Origin: Iphione sp. A-MEVVRFRX5
Lineage: Eukaryota
Assembly: GCA_976226885.1 (NCBI GenBank)
Contig: OZ320316.1
Span: 78,058,001-78,122,000 of the forward strand
Direction: 5' to 3'
Length of the DNA stretch: 64,000 nucleotides
The notes below the pieces were generated by a model. That model searched no databases. It saw nothing but the letters and a program-made list of their open reading frames with translations, and was not told the DNA's origin. Shown here one piece after another: positions 55,001-64,000 of this stretch (position 1 is its first letter; the number at the start of each line of letters is the position of its first letter). A program made the translations under genes and the position numbers.

Positions 55001-55986
55001 GAAAATGTCGAGTGTCATTTTCCGTACGATCACTTATTTAGGAATTCTGTAAATAAATGAAAGGGAAAAGGGGTTAATTCGTTTCTGTTTACAACCTGAC
55101 ATAATTCACAGAAAAAAATTATACTGCCGACTAGGATTTTAGACGGGTCTTTATATTCATTATCAAGAAAACTCAGAGCTGGGCACCCAAGGCAAAGTTG
55201 TCGCAACTATGTCGCATTTCTTATGGCCTCTGTCGCACGTTTTTTTGCGAAATGCGACAGGTTGCCAAGCCCTGTAACTATGGTTACTTTGTTTTTAATA
55301 ATGAGGTCCTTTGGAAGGAGTTCTATATCCTTCATGATTCGCATGTCTGTGATATAACGATAAAGATGAAAACCATTGCTGTGTCAGAGACGGGTGCAAT
55401 AAAACCATTACAAAACATTACATCTATTTCTTCCAGGAGGAATCGATGTTTAGCGCGTCGAAGCGAGTACGCGGCGTCGCCGCAGGAGAGTGAGGACGAG
55501 GAGCGAGACGACTACACCACGCCTTACTGCAAGCGCAACTCGGCCGCCGGCCTCGTCGATCAGGTCGAGCTGGTCAACTTGAACAACGACGGCAACTACG
55601 GCGCAGTGTGGAAGTCCCGCCCGCCGTCCTACTCGCCGGCGACGGGCCACCAGCAGCAACAGCAGCAACAATCCGTGGCTACGGTGGCCAGCGAGCGGCC
55701 CGACCGCGTCGAGCCGCCGCCGCCGCCGCCACCGCCGCCGCAGCCCCGAAACATGCAAAACCTAATCAACACGGACATGGCCTCGTCCAACGCGCCACCA
55801 GCCGCTGTCTCCATCCCAGCCGCTCCCCCGAAACCACCAGCCCCACCCAGCAGTCTCAGCGCTAAGCTGGCGGCCCTGACGTCGTTCCGGCCGCAGGAAG
55901 TGCACGTCTACGAGAGTCCCAAGTTTGTCCGGCGCGATGGAGAGAGTGTACCCACTGTGACGGGCGCACACCGGGAAGTGAGCTAA
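12925..55986 (+). CDS. Spliced gene model, join(12925..13012,31975..32259,35458..35895,38001..38159,45135..45222,55437..55986): type I membrane protein, SP-SUEL lectin-CUB-sushi-TM-Pro-rich tail, about 535 aa
   Basis: All five introns are GT-AG with pyrimidine-rich acceptors. Intron phases 1,1,1,1,2 chain without a stop, and the total is 1608 nt = 536 codons including TAA. The domain order makes a coherent receptor. Extra exons inside the large introns cannot be excluded. Confidence 0.8.
14550..15280 (-). mobile_element. Eroded Ty3/Gypsy integrase fragment at the start of intron 1
   Basis: QAHDGSGNGSMTTWLK (HD..GH.G..kT-like), IYVLACNRLDEKF (YILVVVDYFTK-like), HSDRKMKF (HSDQGRNF-like) and DFPQ*SN..ELNERTK (YHPQ.NG..ER.NRT-like) occur in the expected order. 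Confidence 0.45.
17300..17650 (+). mobile_element. LINE RT relic (RTE-like)
   Basis: LDEFEVKRGENHAIGTSASCSFNIAL resembles S..F.V.RG.RQGD.LS..LFNIAL. A CAYGT downstream lies near the YADD position. Confidence 0.35.
18812..19037. repeat. 113-bp tandem duplication, two near-identical copies
   Basis: atttggtttctgaaaatga...ttaatattagacacatgg...gacgaaat starts at 18812 and again at 18925 with only a few substitutions. Confidence 0.9.
23230..23301 (+). tRNA. trnH: tRNA-His (GTG), intact, inside intron 1
   Basis: Full cloverleaf: acceptor GCCGTGA/TCACGGC plus A73, anticodon stem TCTCG/CGAGA with loop TTGTGGC, T arm CCAGG-TTCGAAT-CCTGG. A and B boxes are intact, with T4 runs at 23342-23345 and 23350-23353 as pol III terminators. 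Confidence 0.96.
23972..24215. mobile_element. Partial second copy of the 2066-2417 MITE in inverted orientation
   Basis: aggccgccccccaaaaaataggtgtgttt...ggttttcaataataataaagacaatgtcaagaattttga...gttttacagtttttttggtgaattt is the diverged reverse complement of about 2160-2417. Confidence 0.75.
24950..26900 (+). mobile_element. Retroelement relic: SGNH/esterase-like ORF (25041-25470, one in-frame TAG) followed by degenerate, possibly AP-endonuclease-like sequence
   Basis: Reading through the TAG gives QEILNHIIVELNHELIKMN...IHKRLRGKWIFKVYKLADVCHLN, where DVCH matches the SGNH D-x-x-H block. The region is CpG-poor. Confidence 0.35.
26962..27088. mobile_element. Miniature inverted-repeat element (127 bp)
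   Basis: gaagtagcgggtagcgcggatgtaa at the left pairs with ttacgtccacgctacccacttc at the right. The centre contains aaccaatcaga. Confidence 0.55.
27800..29500 (-). mobile_element. Possible CR1/L2-like LINE relic (esterase-type ORF1 end plus endonuclease region)
   Basis: TRGIHLS (DGIHL-like) at about 29350. KYGLDVGYVPT (fgL.Q.V..PT-like) at about 28200. Very degenerate. Confidence 0.25.
28835..28887. repeat. Perfect 22-bp inverted repeat with a 9-nt loop
   Basis: acaatgttttcaaaaacgttac-agatgctca-gtaacgtttttgaaaacattgt. Confidence 0.9.
30392..30428. repeat. (AT)n microsatellite, interrupted
   Basis: Direct reading of the sequence. Confidence 0.9.
31975..32259 (+). CDS. Exon encoding a SUEL / rhamnose-binding-lectin-like domain
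   Basis: Acceptor ttcctttctcgatgcag, donor AAG|GTAAG, 285 nt, phase 1-1. Translation TQEYCPWENFNVTCAEDEVILMKSADYGRMQLGRC...CSGRRSC...KPC...YLKASYIC has the 8-Cys SUEL pattern and the A-x-YGR motif. Confidence 0.88.
32774..32806. repeat. (CCT)11 microsatellite
   Basis: Direct reading of the sequence. Confidence 0.95.
35458..35895 (+). CDS. Exon encoding a CUB-like domain
   Basis: Acceptor ttacctcttcttttcag, donor AAG|GTAAG, 438 nt, phase 1-1. It contains SGYLSS, CPWIIRADQGQRINVTLLDF, C..YAVI, VCGG, SNQNTVEIQL and FLLKFE, which track the CUB consensus. Confidence 0.88.
36955..37536. mobile_element. PIF/Harbinger (Tourist-like) MITE, 582 bp, with TAA target-site duplication
   Basis: TAA|GGGTCAGTTTCCTTACCTACGTTGGTGTCC ... 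GGACACCAATGCATGTAAGGAAACCGGCCC|TAA gives imperfect TIRs of about 30 bp. Internal repeats include ttcatggaga (three copies) and gaatttcagggagaaagtgt (two copies, 60 bp apart). Confidence 0.75.
38001..38159 (+). CDS. Exon encoding a sushi/CCP-like domain (absent from the ORF track)
   Basis: Acceptor tcttttccag, donor ATG|GTAAGT, 159 nt, phase 1-1. Translation IGCPVFVPPRDGVVEQIGNSIIVTCNHTRQRSYLRCNGKTWVGELRNCSPSD has four Cys and the C-x-G-x-x-W motif in CCP-like spacing. Confidence 0.82.
40689..40806. repeat. Degenerate (GACA)/(GA) simple repeat
   Basis: Run of gagagacaagcagacagacagcgacagag...agacagacagacaa. Confidence 0.75.
41860..42080 (-). mobile_element. LINE ORF2 C-terminal relic
   Basis: VWNHTRGSLERLHSLNRRTARFIHG resembles the W.P.....LE.VQRRAARFI.G segment of CR1/L2/Jockey ORF2. 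Confidence 0.35.
45135..45222 (+). CDS. Exon encoding the transmembrane helix and stop-transfer basic residues
   Basis: Acceptor catcttttacag, donor AAG|GTAAAT, 88 nt, phase 1-2. Translation (G)ILIVTAMGVALGLVIGVIMLTSVLFCLK(R) is a hydrophobic stretch followed by KR. Confidence 0.85.
46580..47151. repeat. Old diverged tandem duplication, unit about 360 bp
   Basis: ctgaaaaagtagggcc at 46580 and 46945. ttcagg(t/c)aacattttatataggtagtgtaac at 46761 and 47121. Confidence 0.65.
49290..53790 (-). mobile_element. Decayed DIRS1-type tyrosine-recombinase retrotransposon (gag-like ORF1, RT, RNase H, MTase-like domain, YR) in intron 5
   Basis: Minus-strand motifs in canonical order: LFGDIL (about 52290), HFKMETF and MASIDL*DAY (about 51660-51750), YSDASEFGLG...HMNCLE...DDATAISYVNRMGGSKS (50941-51246), DVDLFASRLN...PDP and FPLIPRVLAK (50490-50780), LDVRSVLNFLKSW...LKQLTLK...RIQT (49775-49963). 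There are many stops and frameshifts, and the ends are approximate. Confidence 0.88.
55174..55274. mobile_element. About 100-bp element with imperfect CAG-initiated TIRs
   Basis: cagagctgggcacc at the left versus gttgccaagccctg at the right. Internal tgtcgca occurs three times plus one inverted tgcgaca. No clear target-site duplication. Confidence 0.4.
55437..55986 (+). CDS. Terminal coding exon: cytoplasmic Pro/Gln-rich tail
   Basis: Acceptor atctatttcttccag in phase 2 continues KR|RRNRC, and codons become abruptly GC-rich from this point. Motifs: DDYTTP, RPPSY, poly-Q, EPPPPPPPPPQP, HVYESPKF. It ends at TAA 55984-55986. A possible donor GAA|GTGAGC just before the stop could extend the gene. 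Confidence 0.8.
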
Positions 55987-57772
55987 ACACTGGAATGTGG
56001 GATAGACAGACCCGCCGCGCTTTTCATGCAGCAGGAGGGAGCATACTGCGCGGATGTCTACCGCGGGAGGGACATATATCCCAACAGACAAAATGGCTAA
56101 ACCACTACATGTAATTGAAACTCATGACCTTGGGCGAATGATACCAAAAGACATGGAGATTTCAAATGTAATGAAAACGTAGGAGGATGTACACGGATGC
56201 TATTTATATACGTATTATTGTCATAGAAAGAAATATAGTCATCCTCCAGCCCCCTCCATGTTACTCCTCATGATTTAATACGATGAGCTGGGTCAAACAT
56301 GGATCTGCACCTGTGACCCAGCTCCCCCGCCACATCCATATAACCATCAGACCAAGAGCTTAGTTGTTCGCCTTGGGGCTTGACATTCGCCCGATCACTC
56401 AGAACTCAATGTAAACCATGTGTTTTTAGATTTTAAATCAAGGGATAAATGATGCGTTGTCTTTAATGGATCACTTAGATATTTTGTCAATGCTTGATCG
56501 AAAGAGTGGAAGACAGTTCATATACATGTACATCACTGGAAGCGTCATGTGATGTAGATTGTGTTTAGAGATCAGGATGCGGATCTGTAGCAAACCTATT
56601 AACATCTAGATACCAAATGTAAATATATATATGTACGTGCCCATGTTTGTGTGAGCTATTAATGACTCAACCTTCATTCTCTTGATGTGTAACAGGCAAC
56701 CTGTGTCCGAAGGAAGAAAGCTATTTTCTGAGCGACCAACATTTACATTTGTCGTCTAAACTTTTTATAATAGTGCAACTTAAGCTCATAAAAGTTTACC
56801 ATAACTTGTCAAATGAGAAGCTATTCTTCAATGTTTTGCAAATACATCTCTACAAAACCTCTAGACTATGTGCTCTGTATGCTATATACGTCTATACGTA
56901 CTTCGCGATGCGTGCTGCCATGCAAATACATCACTCAAATGCCCGATATTTTTTTCCCTAAAAAAGTATCTTTTAACGGATACATCTAGCGTAGACAAGA
57001 CATACATCAGAAACAGGACAGAGGCTGGGTAGACGCGGACTAAAGCCCTTCCCTCCCGCCCCTGCTGCCATTTCCTTGTGACACTCCTATAAGGATCTTA
57101 ATATACGTCACTAGCGGGAAATAAGTACATGGGCTCATTATGACATCATGAACACTCTGCTACCCGGCTTCTACCTGCTGGTTCAGTCCCGATGACTGAT
57201 GAATGAGTTTATAATGGTGTCTTACATTGCGCGGTGGTGAAGGGTTGGCGAGACGACAGCCCCGTGGAGCATATGAATCCGTCATCTGTTGAGAGCTCTC
57301 TGGAAAGCTTTACTTGCCATCTGTGGCTCGAACTGAATGAATGGAAGGAAACCCGCCAAAGGAACGCCCTCCAACTACTGAATCTTTGTGATAATCAAGG
57401 GTGCATGTCAGAAGTTTAATACTTTTCTTGCTTTTCGTTGTCGTCATTAGTACTAAAAAAACATTTGTATACATATTCAGCTATAATCAGTCCCGCCACT
57501 GTGAAGTACTTCACCGCCATCGACGTGAAAAACTTCATATATCCATGTAAATAATCAACTCTGTTGCTGCTTTGGTAACTGTGACAAAAGAAAATCGTGA
57601 AATCCTAGCTAGAAGTTCAAATCATGTTCACGAAGACCTTTCCAACTGGGAACTTGACGTTTTATATCCGCCACCCTCCTTTGAAATCAAGGTGTCTTAA
57701 CATCTTGAAATGAAGTGTTATCAGACTCCCAGTGCTGTTTGTAGACACAGGTATAACACATAGGAAATGCAA

Positions 57773-57798
57773 AATAAACAAATATGATAAAATTTATT
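57773..57798. terminator. Back-to-back polyadenylation hexamers: AATAAA on + (57773-57778) and AATAAA on - (57793-57798)
   Basis: In my scan these are the first canonical hexamers downstream of the receptor stop (55986) and the innexin stop (58935). An ATTAAA variant on the minus strand also exists near 57885. Confidence 0.45.
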
Positions 57799-58934
57799 TC
57801 TAATATTTGATCTTACAAGGATGTGTACACTCGGCTCGTTCCCCTTCATTATTATAGGCACATCGATGAATTTCCACTCACGTTTTAATAATATATATCA
57901 TTTTAGACTGAAAGCACTTTTGGTCCACGAAACCCAATTTTTCTCAGCTGTAGTCATACAAATACAGGATTAACTTGTACATTTGCGCAAATACTGTCAA
58001 AGGAAGAAGTTCCTGAAGCAAATTCTACTCACTATACAGTTGCCTTTGGCTAATTACACTAACGGAACCTATAAATGTGCACCTTAGCCCTTTACATTCC
58101 TGTGAACATTCGTTTGTGAAAAGTAACATTGCCATATACGTGTATAAAGATATAAAACGGCAAACGGGCCTTGCACTATTGAGTAGTACATCTTTGGGCT
58201 AAATGCGATAGCTACGATGAGTAAATGTAATGTATTTGCACTAAAGACTAAATGTTATAGGAGGAAAGGCACTTTATGCCATTAATATAAATGTTATATG
58301 CAGTATGACAAATTAACATATACGAAAAAGTGAATACGATAAGAGATCATGATCTTTGTAACTTGTCTATACAAATATAATTGAATATATGCACAATATA
58401 GTCGCATTTTAAGTAGTTTGCAAAGTATCAGAACCGTTCACTTTACCCATAGTTGGTACTAAAACCATTTCCTACCGAGATAAGAATGTAGTACCTGTGA
58501 GAACGCTAATTACTGCCTAGCTAATTTGAACTATACATAGTGATCCCTTAGCGATCAACACACTAAGTCCAGTCAATTTTCATTTGATGACGTGATTGCT
58601 AGAAAGACATTTATCACGGTATACAAAGTAAAGCGCTTGAGCTGTACGGTGGTTTTCTTTTCAGAGGACTACAAAGATGAATCCACTGCAATTTCTTTAG
58701 GAAACCATCTAGCAGACATGTTACGATTCAGCTGACATAAAAAACATGAGAGAACAAAATGATCGCTCATATGTATATCACTATGAAACACTGGCTGCAC
58801 GAACCGCGATATTCCTGCATATAAAAGAAATATATCCCCTCTCCTTCGATACATATGGTTTGAAATATGGTGGGCTAGAACCGACGACAGGCAAGGGCGA
58901 AAGGGGGAGGCGAGGGGGGGGGGGAGGAAGGTCA

Positions 58935-59613
58935 TTATTCTGGTAGAGGCTGCTTCTCCAACATCAACGGTGGGTAGGGCGAGCTGGTGCTAGGCGCAGA
59001 CGGCGTGGTGGGCGGCTCGCTGTTCTTGTTGTGGTTGTCTGGGTTCGCCCAAGAGTCCCACAAGGCGCAGATGATCTCGGTGACAGTGAGCGTGTTGGTG
59101 TTGTGGCCGATGAGCCGTAGAAGGAAGATGCCGTCGGCGCGCAGATACTTGCGCGTGAACTCGCTGGCCTTGTTGCGGTCCTCCTTCGAGTCGAGCCTCT
59201 CCAGGTACTTGAGGTGGCCCACGACGTAGTTGTTCTTGTCCGTGGCCGAGATGGCGCGCGCCACCCAGATAATGAGGCTGTACAGCGAGATGGCCGCCAC
59301 CGTGATGATCCAGAACCAGAGGAACATGAAGATCTTCTCGTTGTAGAGGTTGATAGGCAGTGTGCACTGCACCGTGTAGCGGTGGATGTTGCCCAGACGG
59401 CGCACGTTAAAATCGCACATGGTGACGCGCGGGAAGGCGACGAAGGGCGAGTTGGTCCAGTCGTGGTCGCTGACCATCCAGCGCATCACGTGGAAGCCAT
59501 ACACCGAGTAGTTGGTGCCAAGAAAGTAGTCGAGCATGAAGAGCTGACCGACGGCGTTGACGACGTACAAAACCTTGGTGACGATGTAGAGCACGACCAA
59601 GTAGGCACCGAAC
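58935..59613 (-). CDS. inx: Innexin (gap junction protein), last coding exon covering TM3, extracellular loop 2, TM4 and the C-terminal tail
   Basis: Minus-strand acceptor ccttcttctttccag precedes 59613. Translation (R)FGAYLVVLYIVTKVLY...FPRVTMCDF.VR.LGN.HRYTVQCTLPINLYNEKIFMFLWFW carries the innexin signatures. The TAA stop is followed by TGA. Upstream exons were not found in the window. Confidence 0.95.
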
Positions 59614-59752
59614 CTGGAAAGAAGAAGGCAAAGTATGGGTGAAAAATACAGCGTGGGGGATCAAACAAAGCGAACATTGACGGAGAGCATGTTTACTACA
59701 GTTCAGGAAGGACTTGATATGAAATCCCAGTTCTTACGACAGGGACACAAAG

Positions 59753-59898
59753 NNNNNNNNNNNNNNNNNNNNNNNNNNNNNNNNNNNNNNNNNNNNNNNN
59801 NNNNNNNNNNNNNNNNNNNNNNNNNNNNNNNNNNNNNNNNNNNNNNNNNNNNNNNNNNNNNNNNNNNNNNNNNNNNNNNNNNNNNNNNNNNNNNNNNN
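59753..59898. other. Assembly gap (146 N) in the innexin intron, followed by gagacagagacag (probably a collapsed simple repeat)
   Basis: Run of N; the flanking sequence is GA/GACA-like. Confidence 1.
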
Positions 59899-62800
59899 GA
59901 GACAGAGACAGAAAAGCAATAAATGCCGTCCTTTATCAAATAGCCACAAATGTCTGGGTACTATGTCTACTCCATATCCGAATGGGCTTCGTTGGGTGAA
60001 ATATTGTCATTTTTAAAAGAAAATCGTCATTTTGCATTAGGAAGATTCAGTCGGACTACTTTCAAATATTGAGTGTTCCGCAATCGAGTCATGACTCTTC
60101 ATTTAAATTCTGCGCGTGTACAGTTATTAATTTCTTCTTATTGCATGGCTAGAAGAATGATATTCGTCATGATCATACACGTATGGCCAAAATGTTCACT
60201 CACTTCTTCAAGTTCTTAAGAAGCGGTATACCTGTACCAGGTGTTCGCCGCACATATTTTCAGTGTTCAGGTATTAGTAACATCTGACTATATTTCGCCA
60301 AAATTATGATCAGCATAAATGCATCTTATACTACACTGACAGTGCAAAAGAATGTCTCTTTGTAAACTAATATGTAGAAAAATGACATGATGCCTCCGAT
60401 TATGGCAGAAAATCTGTTGGATGTCACATGCAAAAGGCTGTAAAATTCTTTCTACACCACTAGGCATTGCCTACCGACATGTTATAGAAAGAATACCACA
60501 AGTCAAGTCGCCTGTACTCTCACATATCCCCATGCCAACCACCGGTCTTCTTCCAATGACCTGCTTTTCCAAATAAACAACTAACAGAAGGATCTCTATG
60601 TAACGTGACCTTAAAACCGGTCGTCTCGAAAGGAAAACTTTTGTTGTACCGAACCTGTCCCACATTTCTAAGTTTCCAAGGAAACCTATAGACATGGTAT
60701 TTATACCTTACTGAGACATGTGGATCTGAACGAGGCCAACTTTAACGCCGCAAAATTACACAAACCCAAGAAAAACTAACTAAAAATAATATTTTAAAAA
60801 ACTCAGGCTACTGGAGGACACGCACACACACATATACACACACGTGTAAATATATGTATGTATTGCATATGATGTCATGAGTTCCGTTCTGTGGAGTCCG
60901 GATCCTCACGTTATTTCTCCGTTCTGAAGGAGTGAATCGGAGGAGTGAGCCGTTCAAAACTAACAACACGGACCGCTCCTACCTTCGGCCATGTTTGCCT
61001 TGGAGATCCGCCGTGCTAGCTAGAGCTTCACTTAAAGTGCCTCTCATGTCTACCTTGTTCCTGCTATACATGTATAGAATACCCATGTAACAAGGAACAC
61101 GTGGCTGGGTATCTAGATTCGTGCGCTTTCATATAATGTCATTAGTAAAGCAGAAACTAGAATACCACGTATATATCATGTAGCAAACCTAGCCCACCAC
61201 ATTCCTAACGGGAAAGTTTTTATGTTAGGGACAGTATGTCATATACCTTTTTGCTTTTTTATGTTATATACCTGAGACCGCATGTATCGCAGCCAGCGAA
61301 GGTAATAGGAGTACAGTAAACCTTGGACTAGCAATACAGAACGGAATACAATGGAATTTGAGCCAACGTGTGGGCAGGAGGAATGTCTTTCCTCCTGAAT
61401 ACAGCAGGAAACCCGTCATACGTATCAGGTCTCACTCCTAATCGAATGCGAAGCTTAACATGTAGTACGTGTATTTAAAAAGATCCACGACAGGGCGAGA
61501 GGTTGTTAAATGATCACGGCTGCAGACATTAAGTTACTGCTTCGGATGACCTCACCTGATACATGTGAATCGAGATAAAAACGAAGGATCGCATCTAACG
61601 CTGAAATTATCGTAAACGGTCGCTTTCCCGGATCTCTGCCGCGCTCAACCTTCACCCACCCAAGGCGTCCCTGACGCCATACAGCCGTGCTGACATGATT
61701 CTCTTCCTTCAATTAAGGAGATACAAATATCATATTTGCCTGTATAATGTACATATAGAAACTGAGGGATGCAAGTGAAGGGGGTTTTCGTCATCTTCTC
61801 TGTTCGGAGGGCAGTGGTGGCGGAGAGTGTAACACAACCTCGCAGTGTGGCATGAGACAGGTTTGGCACGGCACTGTACATGTACATGTTAAGTGTACAG
61901 TATTGGAGTGCAACTGTATAACACCAATAATGACCCGCGACCCACTTCCTTAAGCCAGACTGATGACACCATTTTAGCCGCAGCAAATGATTCTACCTTC
62001 ATGGAATAATCGTTACATGAACTAACTGTATAAACAGGGTGAAACACACTGCTTGTGTATTACTATATATTGTATGCACCAACGCATGCACGCACACATA
62101 CATATTCGACTTGTAGCGGGATGTGCACAAATACCGACTACGAACTTGGGACTGCAGGGACAATTTCGCTTTGGTGATGAATTCCATGAGAATAAAGTTA
62201 CGGAAATACGGAAACATACATGTGAACATGACGATATGTACACATAAACGGCACAAGTTACTATTTCATTTGCTTCCCCCCCAAAAATACAGGAATGGGA
62301 TTCATGTTCTTCCATGCAAAACATTCTACTTAACAAACAATTGTAAACAGATGTTCAGATCGCGTGGGAAACACTGCATGACACATTATCCGTTTCATAA
62401 TATATTATTCCGGAGGATTACAGAAATAGACAATCCACGACTATCGTTGAGAACGCTGTTACTGAAGCATAACTAAAACTCCAGTGATAAAATATGTACA
62501 TGTGTTCAGTGAATTAATCAATCATCCTTTTTTTGGACTTCAATCGTACAGCTCAAGTATATATTGCAAACGGACCGTAAATAGGAAAATGACCAAATCT
62601 AGCTCTGTCATTCATAGGCCTCAATGTCACATAACGGCTTTTTCCCACAGCAAACTACATCTCTGGTTAACATCCCGAACATTATATAATTATGACCATA
62701 CAAATAAAGGCAGCACAGAAGTGGCATGAACAATGGACCTGAAGCCATGTTCCGTCCCTGTTAATAGCGCCATGCTAAGCAGGTTGAAACGCCAAACACA

Positions 62801-64000
62801 TTGAAAGACATAAAGTAAAAATATCATGAAAAACTGTTATGGAAAACGACAGGGCTGCAGCCACTGTCAAGACTCAGTGATATTGGGTCCCCTGACCCAG
62901 AACTAATCCATACAAGATGGAACTGTAACTTACACGACAAACACAGTGGTCAGGCAGTTATAAATATATATATACATGTATATATAAATAAATCATCATC
63001 TTATACAAATCAGAACTGGTACGAAACTATACTACAAATGTGAAGAATCAACCTCTCTGAGATGAAAAAAAGAATTTATAACAAAGGAAGTGTTTCGACA
63101 AAAAAAGGAATAAATCATGTTACAAGGCTAGAAGTCCCAGGTTCATTTCTCTTTCCCAGACCGTCAACTGAACTGACACACCCTAGCATCCGGTAACCCC
63201 ATCAGGACTGAATGCAAAAGTCCTCACTCACTATGCACTTCTACCACATTAGACTTAGATCGGGCACAAATTTTGCAGTCTTTGCTTGAAGATGTTATTA
63301 AATTAAAAAAAAAAACACCTAGAATGGCCCATCTATAACACTGTTACATCTTTATATAATTATATCATCTCTATATTCAGTCAATGCATGGTAAAATCGA
63401 TGATTTTATTGGAAAAATTATGTAATGAAGACATACAAATATATGGACTTACAAACGGTGTTATGGGTGGGTCAAAATTTAGTTCGTTTAAAAGTTGAAA
63501 ATCATTATGAAAAAGTGAATTTTCAGTTGTTCAAGGGAACTTGAATCACATATAGCAGGGCCCGTACTTTCAGATTTCATGGATATTTTATCCTTCTGAA
63601 CTGAACATTTCTTCTCAAAATATCACAGGCCAGTATCAATTTATCGCAGCTCTAGCTATGTATTATAGTATAGAGAGACAATGCTTGTACCCACTATATG
63701 AATAGGTAGGTGGAAACCAAAGCCACTTGCTTTGATATTTACGGGTGGCAGTTACCGATGGAAGACTCCCTGTGCCAACTTCAAGGTAGCATCTGCAGGG
63801 TCCAGTTTTTTAGCCACGTTTTTGCACTTGTTTTGATACTTAGTTTATCGAGTGCTTTGACCTTGGGATAATTCAACTTTATCCTGGGCAGCGAGCTATT
63901 GTTACAACAATGAAGGAAACCTTATGTATGTACCCACTGACAATCATATTTAGAAATATCTACAGGATTGTACACATCTACAAAATAAACATTATTTCCA

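Noticed and set aside
55198-55436. N-terminal part of the 262-aa ORF 55198..55986
   Set aside because: It is AT-rich, overlaps a small TIR element and lies upstream of a good acceptor at 55436, so it is best read as intron that happens to be open.
55450-56091. ORFs 55450..55758 -, 55608..55865 +, 55629..55814 - and 55762..56091 -
   Set aside because: They are alternative-frame or antisense shadows of the GC-rich terminal exon.
58987-59677. Several overlapping ORFs on both strands around the innexin exon (e.g. 59214..59642 +, 58990..59367 -)
   Set aside because: They are shadow ORFs caused by the high GC3 of the true innexin frame and have no independent motifs.
59614-64000. Search for upstream innexin exons (YYQW, TM1/TM2 motifs)
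   Set aside because: None found on the minus strand. They probably lie beyond 64000, and the 146-N gap looks like a collapsed simple repeat.

Overview
This is eukaryotic, intron-rich and repeat-laden animal DNA. The gene content suggests an annelid or other lophotrochozoan, which is an inference. Most of the window is occupied by one plus-strand six-exon gene that the ORF track misses and that I assembled by hand from splice sites: 12925-13012, 31975-32259, 35458-35895, 38001-38159, 45135-45222 and 55437-55986. All junctions are GT-AG and frame-compatible, giving 1608 nt and about 535 aa. It predicts a type I membrane receptor: signal peptide, SUEL/rhamnose-binding-lectin-like domain, CUB-like domain, sushi/CCP-like domain, transmembrane helix, and a proline-rich cytoplasmic tail with PPxY and YxxP motifs. 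Convergent with it is the last coding exon of an innexin (minus strand, 58935-59613). Intron 1 holds an intact tRNA-His(GTG). Intron 5 holds a decayed but domain-complete DIRS1-type tyrosine-recombinase retrotransposon that is strikingly CpG-depleted. The rest is eroded Gypsy and LINE relics, MITEs, tandem repeats and two N gaps. Domain and transposon calls come from motif recognition by eye, not database searches, and relic boundaries are approximate.
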